The translations under genes and the position numbers were made by a program. 64,000 bases of DNA, taken from positions 6,711 to 70,710 of the forward strand of contig CAZDFS010000008.1 in NCBI GenBank assembly GCA_964504865.1. Reading direction: 5' to 3'. Shown here piece after piece: positions 59,773-64,000 of this stretch (positions are counted from its first letter, which is position 1; each line of letters begins with the position of its first letter). This DNA is from an uncultured Wenzhouxiangella sp. (GTDB lineage: Bacteria; Pseudomonadota; Gammaproteobacteria; Xanthomonadales; Wenzhouxiangellaceae). Under the pieces are notes generated by a model. The model did no database searches and was not told the origin of the DNA. It saw only the letters and a list, made by a program, of their open reading frames with translations.

Positions 59773-61755
59773 TCATCCCTCCAACAGCGCTTTCAGCGCC
59801 GCAATATTCGCTTTGGCGTCTTCGCTGGAGGTTTCCCTGGTGCCGTGTCGCGCGGGCCAGTCGATGACTGATTCGGGGAGTTCATCGAGGAAGCGGCTGG
59901 GCTCTGCGCTGACCGACTCGCCGGCGCGGCGGCGGGCTCGGCAGTAGCTGATCGTCAGCTGCCGCTCGGCGCGGGTGATGCCGACGTACATCAGGCGCCG
60001 CTCTTCTTCGATCTGATCATCGTCGATCGAGCGCTGGTGCGGCAGCAGGCCTTCTTCGCAGCCGGCGAGCCAGACGTGCTTGAACTCCAGCCCCTTGGCG
60101 GCGTGCAGGGTCATGAGCCGGACCTGGTCGGCGCCCTCGCTGCGGTCGTCGTCCGGACCGGCGGCCAGCGAGACGCGGGCGATAAGTTCCTCGATCGAGT
60201 CCGTGTCGGCGGCCAGCCTTTCGACCCAGCCGCAGAGGTCGTCGAGGTTGCGCCGGCGGCGCTCGGCCTTTTTCGGATCGTCGTCCTGTTCGATCAGCCA
60301 GTCGACGTAGCCGATATGCTCGAGGAGCTCGCGGTAGGTTTCGCCGATGCCGTGGTCTTCGATCCGATGGTTGAAGTCGACCAGCAGATTCGTGAAGCCA
60401 CGCAGGGCGCGGGCGGCCGGTTGATTGAGCTCGTTCTGGAACAGCGGGTCGAGTCCGGCTTCGAACAGGCTTTTACCGACCGCATCGGCGTAGGTCGCCA
60501 GGCGCGCCATCGCCGTCGAGCCGAAGCCCCGGCGCGGGGTGTTGATCACCCGCATGAAGGCCGGGTTGTCGTCGGGATTGGCGAGAACGCGGAGGTAGGA
60601 CAGGCCGTCGCGGATTTCGCGCGCGTCGAACCAGCTCGGGCCGCCGGAGACGATGTAGGGCACGGCGTTCTCGCGCAGCTGTTGTTCGATGGCGCGGGCC
60701 TGGAAGTTCGAGCGATAGAGCACGGCCATTTCGCCCCAGCGCGCCCGGCCGCCGTGGTGCAGGGTGAGAATGTCGCGGGCGATGCCTTCGGACTCATCGC
60801 CGTCGTCGTCGAACTCGACCACGCGGATATCGTCGCCGGGCCCGTGCTGACTCCACAGGCGTTTCTCGAACTCGTGCGGGTTGCAGGCGATGACGGCGTT
60901 GGCCGCCTCCAGGATTTTACCGGCCGAACGGTAGTTCTGCTCGAGCTTGACCACGCGCAGGTCCGGGTAGTCGGTCTTCAGACCCGACAGGTTTTCCGGC
61001 CGCGCGCCGCGCCAGCCATAGATCGACTGATCGTCGTCGCCCACGGCCGTCATCGCGCCGACATCGCCAACGAGCTGGCGCAGCAGGCGGTACTGGGCCG
61101 CGCTCGTGTCCTGGTACTCATCGACAAGCAGGTATTTCAGGCGTCGGCGCCAGCGGGTGCGAATCACCGGATCTTCGAGGAGCTTCGCCGGCAGGGCGAT
61201 CAGATCATCGAAGTCGACGGCGTTGAGCGCGACCAGCCGCGATTGGTAGTCGCGATAGATTTCGGCCGCGCGCGCCGCGTTATCGTCGCCCGCCCGGGCC
61301 ATCGCGTCGCCCGGGTCCAGCCCGGCGTCTTTGGCCTGGCTGATGCCGTTCATCACCGCATAGACCAGGTCGTTCTTGGCGCCGGCGGGCAGCAGCTCAC
61401 GCAGGAGATCGCCGGCGGCGTGCTGATCCAGGATGCTCAGGCCGCTACGACGCTCGCAGGATTCCGGCGATTCGCGCAGGATCCGCCAGCCCAGCGAATG
61501 GAAGGTGCAGATCGTCAGCCCCTCGGTGCGCTTGCGCTTGATCCGCTGGCCAACGCGCTGGCGCATTTCCTTCGCCGCCTTGTTGGTAAAGGTGATGGCC
61601 GCGATCTCCGGCGCGCCGAAATGGTCGCGGTCGATCATCCAGGCGATCTTCTCGGTAATCACCCGCGTCTTCCCCGATCCGGCGCCGGCCAGCACCAGGA
61701 GCGGTGAATCGATGTGGGTGACAGCAGCGCGCTGTTGATCATTGAGCGACGACAT
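59773..61755 (-). CDS. rep: ATP-dependent DNA helicase Rep (UvrD/Rep superfamily 1)
   Basis: 660 aa. Motif I AGAGSGKT, VDEYQDT and Rep-like length. Confidence 0.88.
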   Translation of the reverse strand: MSSLNDQQRAAVTHIDSPLLVLAGAGSGKTRVITEKIAWMIDRDHFGAPEIAAITFTNKAAKEMRQRVGQRIKRKRTEGLTICTFHSLGWRILRESPESCERRSGLSILDQHAAGDLLRELLPAGAKNDLVYAVMNGISQAKDAGLDPGDAMARAGDDNAARAAEIYRDYQSRLVALNAVDFDDLIALPAKLLEDPVIRTRWRRRLKYLLVDEYQDTSAAQYRLLRQLVGDVGAMTAVGDDDQSIYGWRGARPENLSGLKTDYPDLRVVKLEQNYRSAGKILEAANAVIACNPHEFEKRLWSQHGPGDDIRVVEFDDDGDESEGIARDILTLHHGGRARWGEMAVLYRSNFQARAIEQQLRENAVPYIVSGGPSWFDAREIRDGLSYLRVLANPDDNPAFMRVINTPRRGFGSTAMARLATYADAVGKSLFEAGLDPLFQNELNQPAARALRGFTNLLVDFNHRIEDHGIGETYRELLEHIGYVDWLIEQDDDPKKAERRRRNLDDLCGWVERLAADTDSIEELIARVSLAAGPDDDRSEGADQVRLMTLHAAKGLEFKHVWLAGCEEGLLPHQRSIDDDQIEEERRLMYVGITRAERQLTISYCRARRRAGESVSAEPSRFLDELPESVIDWPARHGTRETSSEDAKANIAALKALLEG

Positions 61756-61925
61756 GGGCCGGCAATTCTAGCGCGGTCGACGCCTCAGAAGTGCCCGAAG
61801 CCCTTGAGAATCTGCTCAGTGAACGCAGCGATTCGGCGCGAGCACGGCGCATCCTTTACAATCGCGGGCTTCGACGAACCCAGGGCCCGAACATCATCGG
61901 ACCCGACGACTCAACAGGACGACTC

Positions 61926-62105
61926 GTGAGCGACAAGGAATACAAGAGCTGGATGTGCGTGGTCTGCGGCTGGATCTACCACGAAGAGGAAGGATCACCC
62001 GATGACGGGATCCCGCCGGGCACGAAGTGGGAAGACGTCCCCGAAGGCTGGCTCTGCCCCGACTGCGGGGCGGGCAAGGAAGACTTCGAGATGGTCGAGC
62101 TCTGA
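61926..62105 (+). CDS. Rubredoxin
   Basis: CVVCGW and CPDCGA metal-binding pairs with ...WEDVPEGWLCP... Start is probably GTG 61926 (59 aa). The longer track ORF is an unlikely extension. Confidence 0.85.
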   Translation: MSDKEYKSWMCVVCGWIYHEEEGSPDDGIPPGTKWEDVPEGWLCPDCGAGKEDFEMVEL

Positions 62106-62161
62106 GCTCGATCCCTGGCCTCCCGAACTCTCGAAACCCCGGGCCTCGAACAACGCGCCGC

Positions 62162-62905
62162 TCAATTCATCCCGGCGCTGATCAGCCCGGTCTGCCAGCG
62201 ACCATTCTCATGCAGGCGATACCAGCGCGCCTTCGGCCCCGTCGGATCGGGGGTGAAAACCTCGGTTTCGGCCTGCGAATTGGCCACCGTTGACGGCGCC
62301 GACAGGCAGACGATACCGTCGCGCTCACCCATGAAGGCCTGATGCACGTGGCCGAAGCCGACAGCTCGTACCTGCGTATCGGCGAGGTGCTGCCACAGCA
62401 GCTCGGACTGGCCCAGGCCGTACTTGTCGATCCAGGGTGCGTTGATCGGCAGCGGCTGGTGATGGATGAAGGCCAGGGCGGGCCGGTCGCAGCTACTCGT
62501 TCCCACTGATTTCAGCGGCGCCAGCCGCGCTTCATCGACAATCCCGTCGCCGCGGTCGCCGAAGGCCGAATCCAGCAGCACGATCCGCCAGCCGCCCCAG
62601 TCAAGGACCGGGCCTGCATCGAAATCAGGGGCGGAGAGCACATCGGCCATGGCGGCCTTGTTGTCGTGATTGCCGGGCAGCCAGGCCCGACGCGGGGCCC
62701 AGTCGCGGATCAGATCAGCGACGCGCTGATACGAGTCGGTCGAGCCGTCTTCGGAAATATCGCCCGACAGCACCAGGCCGTCGGGCGCCATCGCGTCGAT
62801 GCCCACCTGAAGGCGCGCCAGATTGCGGTCGGCATTCTCGCCGCGGTAGAGCGCCGCCGGGTCGCTGGAAAAGTGACAGTCAGAGATCTGGATCAGCGTG
62901 AACAT
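62162..62905 (-). CDS. cpdA: Metallophosphoesterase, 3',5'-cyclic-nucleotide phosphodiesterase CpdA-like
   Basis: 247 aa. ISDCHF, LSGDIS, LPGNHD and GHVH motifs. Confidence 0.72.
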   Translation of the reverse strand: MFTLIQISDCHFSSDPAALYRGENADRNLARLQVGIDAMAPDGLVLSGDISEDGSTDSYQRVADLIRDWAPRRAWLPGNHDNKAAMADVLSAPDFDAGPVLDWGGWRIVLLDSAFGDRGDGIVDEARLAPLKSVGTSSCDRPALAFIHHQPLPINAPWIDKYGLGQSELLWQHLADTQVRAVGFGHVHQAFMGERDGIVCLSAPSTVANSQAETEVFTPDPTGPKARWYRLHENGRWQTGLISAGMN

Positions 62906-62932
62906 GACGTTCGTCTCAGGCGTTGCGCTGGC

Positions 62933-63388
62933 TCAGCGGGCGGTGAGCTCGATATTTTCGATCTGGATCTGTTCACCCGGATCGAGCCCGATGGCCGCGG
63001 CCTGACCGGCGTTGAGCTCGAGCACGAACTGTGCGGGGCCCTCGCTGGGGTAGCTCGGGCACTGGCGCGTGCGGCACGGCGGTGTGTCGGCGGCGATGCT
63101 GACCACGCGCAGATCGCGGTCGAGGTAGATGATATCCAGCGGAATCCGCGTATTGCGCATCCAGAAACTGCGCGGCGCCTCGCGGCGAAAGATGAAGAAC
63201 ATGCCGCGGTTGTCGGCCATCTCGTCAACAAACATCAGGCCCCGCGCGCGCGACTGATCGTCATCGGCGATATCGACGAAATACCGGTGCCCCTCGAATT
63301 CCACGAAGGAGCGGCCCGTGTTGCCGCTGGCCTGGCAGCCGGCGAGCAGGGCGGTCAGAAGCAGAATGAAGGGCGTCAGTTTTCGCAT
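62933..63388 (-). CDS. DUF192-family lipoprotein
   Basis: 151 aa from ATG 63388. Lipobox LLAGC and ...RGLMFVDEMADNRGMFFIF...FWMRNTRIPLDIIYLD..., typical of DUF192. The track ORF is over-extended into repeat copy B. Confidence 0.75.
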   Translation of the reverse strand: MRKLTPFILLLTALLAGCQASGNTGRSFVEFEGHRYFVDIADDDQSRARGLMFVDEMADNRGMFFIFRREAPRSFWMRNTRIPLDIIYLDRDLRVVSIAADTPPCRTRQCPSYPSEGPAQFVLELNAGQAAAIGLDPGEQIQIENIELTAR

Positions 63389-63409
63389 GGGGGAATGGTA
63401 CCGCATTGG

Positions 63410-64000
63410 GGTTGGATTGATCCGCTGCGCGGATTTAACGCCAGAGGCGCATTGCCATCTGTCGCTGCGCGACAGAAGAGTCAAAAGCGTTTCGCCGTCG
63501 CTTCGCTTGCACGGCGAGTTTCTTTTGGCAGACGATCCAAAAGAAACCAAAAGATCTGGTGCCCACGAAATCGCCGGGCTTTGCCCGGACACTGCGCGGC
63601 TCCGGCCAGAACGGCTGGCCATGCTTAAACTCGCTTCGCTGCGCTCCACTCGAACAGGCATGTCCAGAAAGCCCCGTTCTGGACTACGCTGCTCGACGAC
63701 TTTCGAGGGCAGGGGGTAGACCTTTACGGGCCATCGCTTCGCTCGGCCCATGGAAAACGGTGGAGTGGTTTGCCTGCGACTCGATACGGTCATTTCGGCG
63801 CGAACGCCGTGATGCGCCGTCAGTGGTTTTTGCCCTTGACGCTCGTCGGGGGCGCGCAGGGCGTCAGATCTTTTTTTTCTTTTGCATCGTCTGGCAAAAG
63901 AAACTCGTCCAGAAAGCGCGGAGCACAGGTGGGAACGTAAGGGCGTTTTGCGCGCAGCGCATGAAGCCCTGGAGTGGAACCGTGGTGCATGCGTGGGCGA
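63410..64000. repeat. Giant palindromic non-coding element, copy B (truncated by the window end)
   Basis: Collinear with copy A in the same orientation (…ggcgagtttcttttggcagacgatccaaaagaaaccaaaagatctggtgcccacga…ccggccagaacggctggccatgcttaaactcgct…). The right arm carries an internal deletion relative to A and runs off the window. Confidence 0.85.

Noticed and set aside
60037-61707. 556-aa plus-strand ORF
   Set aside because: It is antisense to the rep helicase, which has clear SF1 motifs.

Overview
High-GC (roughly mid-60s % by eye) proteobacterial chromosome segment, most likely a marine or halophilic gammaproteobacterium (inferred from gene content and synteny only). Nearly all of it is coding. 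I found no rRNA, tRNA, CRISPR array, transposase, integrase or phage genes. Housekeeping blocks: exbD (partial), glmU, polA; the lptD-surA-pdxA-rsmA operon; a pyruvate dehydrogenase operon (aceE, aceF, lpdA); maeB, class I fba, pyk; yghU, rep, rubredoxin, cpdA-like, DUF192. Accessory or unusual content: (1) a minus-strand envelope cluster, Pla-1/VolA-like lipase, DUF1302 barrel, DUF1329 lipoprotein, BNR/Ycf48-like protein and RND/MMPL-like transporter, where the DUF1329 protein carries a ~150-aa Glu/Ala-rich helical spacer; (2) two ECF sigma plus transmembrane TPR Ser/Thr kinase pairs with no anti-sigma gene, one of them, together with a retropepsin-like protease, wedged between aceF and lpdA; (3) two tandem secreted beta-helix paralogs plus a membrane protein; (4) a Gram-negative sortase translationally coupled to a small LPATAG-tailed cargo; (5) a stress islet (PRC-barrel x2, CsbD, small hydrophilic protein) bracketed by two Crp/Fnr paralogs and flanked by decaying genes (desaturase with in-frame TGA, antiporter remnant); (6) two copies of a ~0.8-kb non-coding giant palindromic element flanking the rep-to-DUF192 block, plus a separate CACGAAG-repeat hairpin family; (7) a hairpin-dense polA-glmU spacer that may encode a structured RNA. 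Many long ORFs in the six-frame track are antisense shadow ORFs typical of high-GC DNA and were not called. All function calls rest on motifs and family resemblance read by eye; no searches were run.
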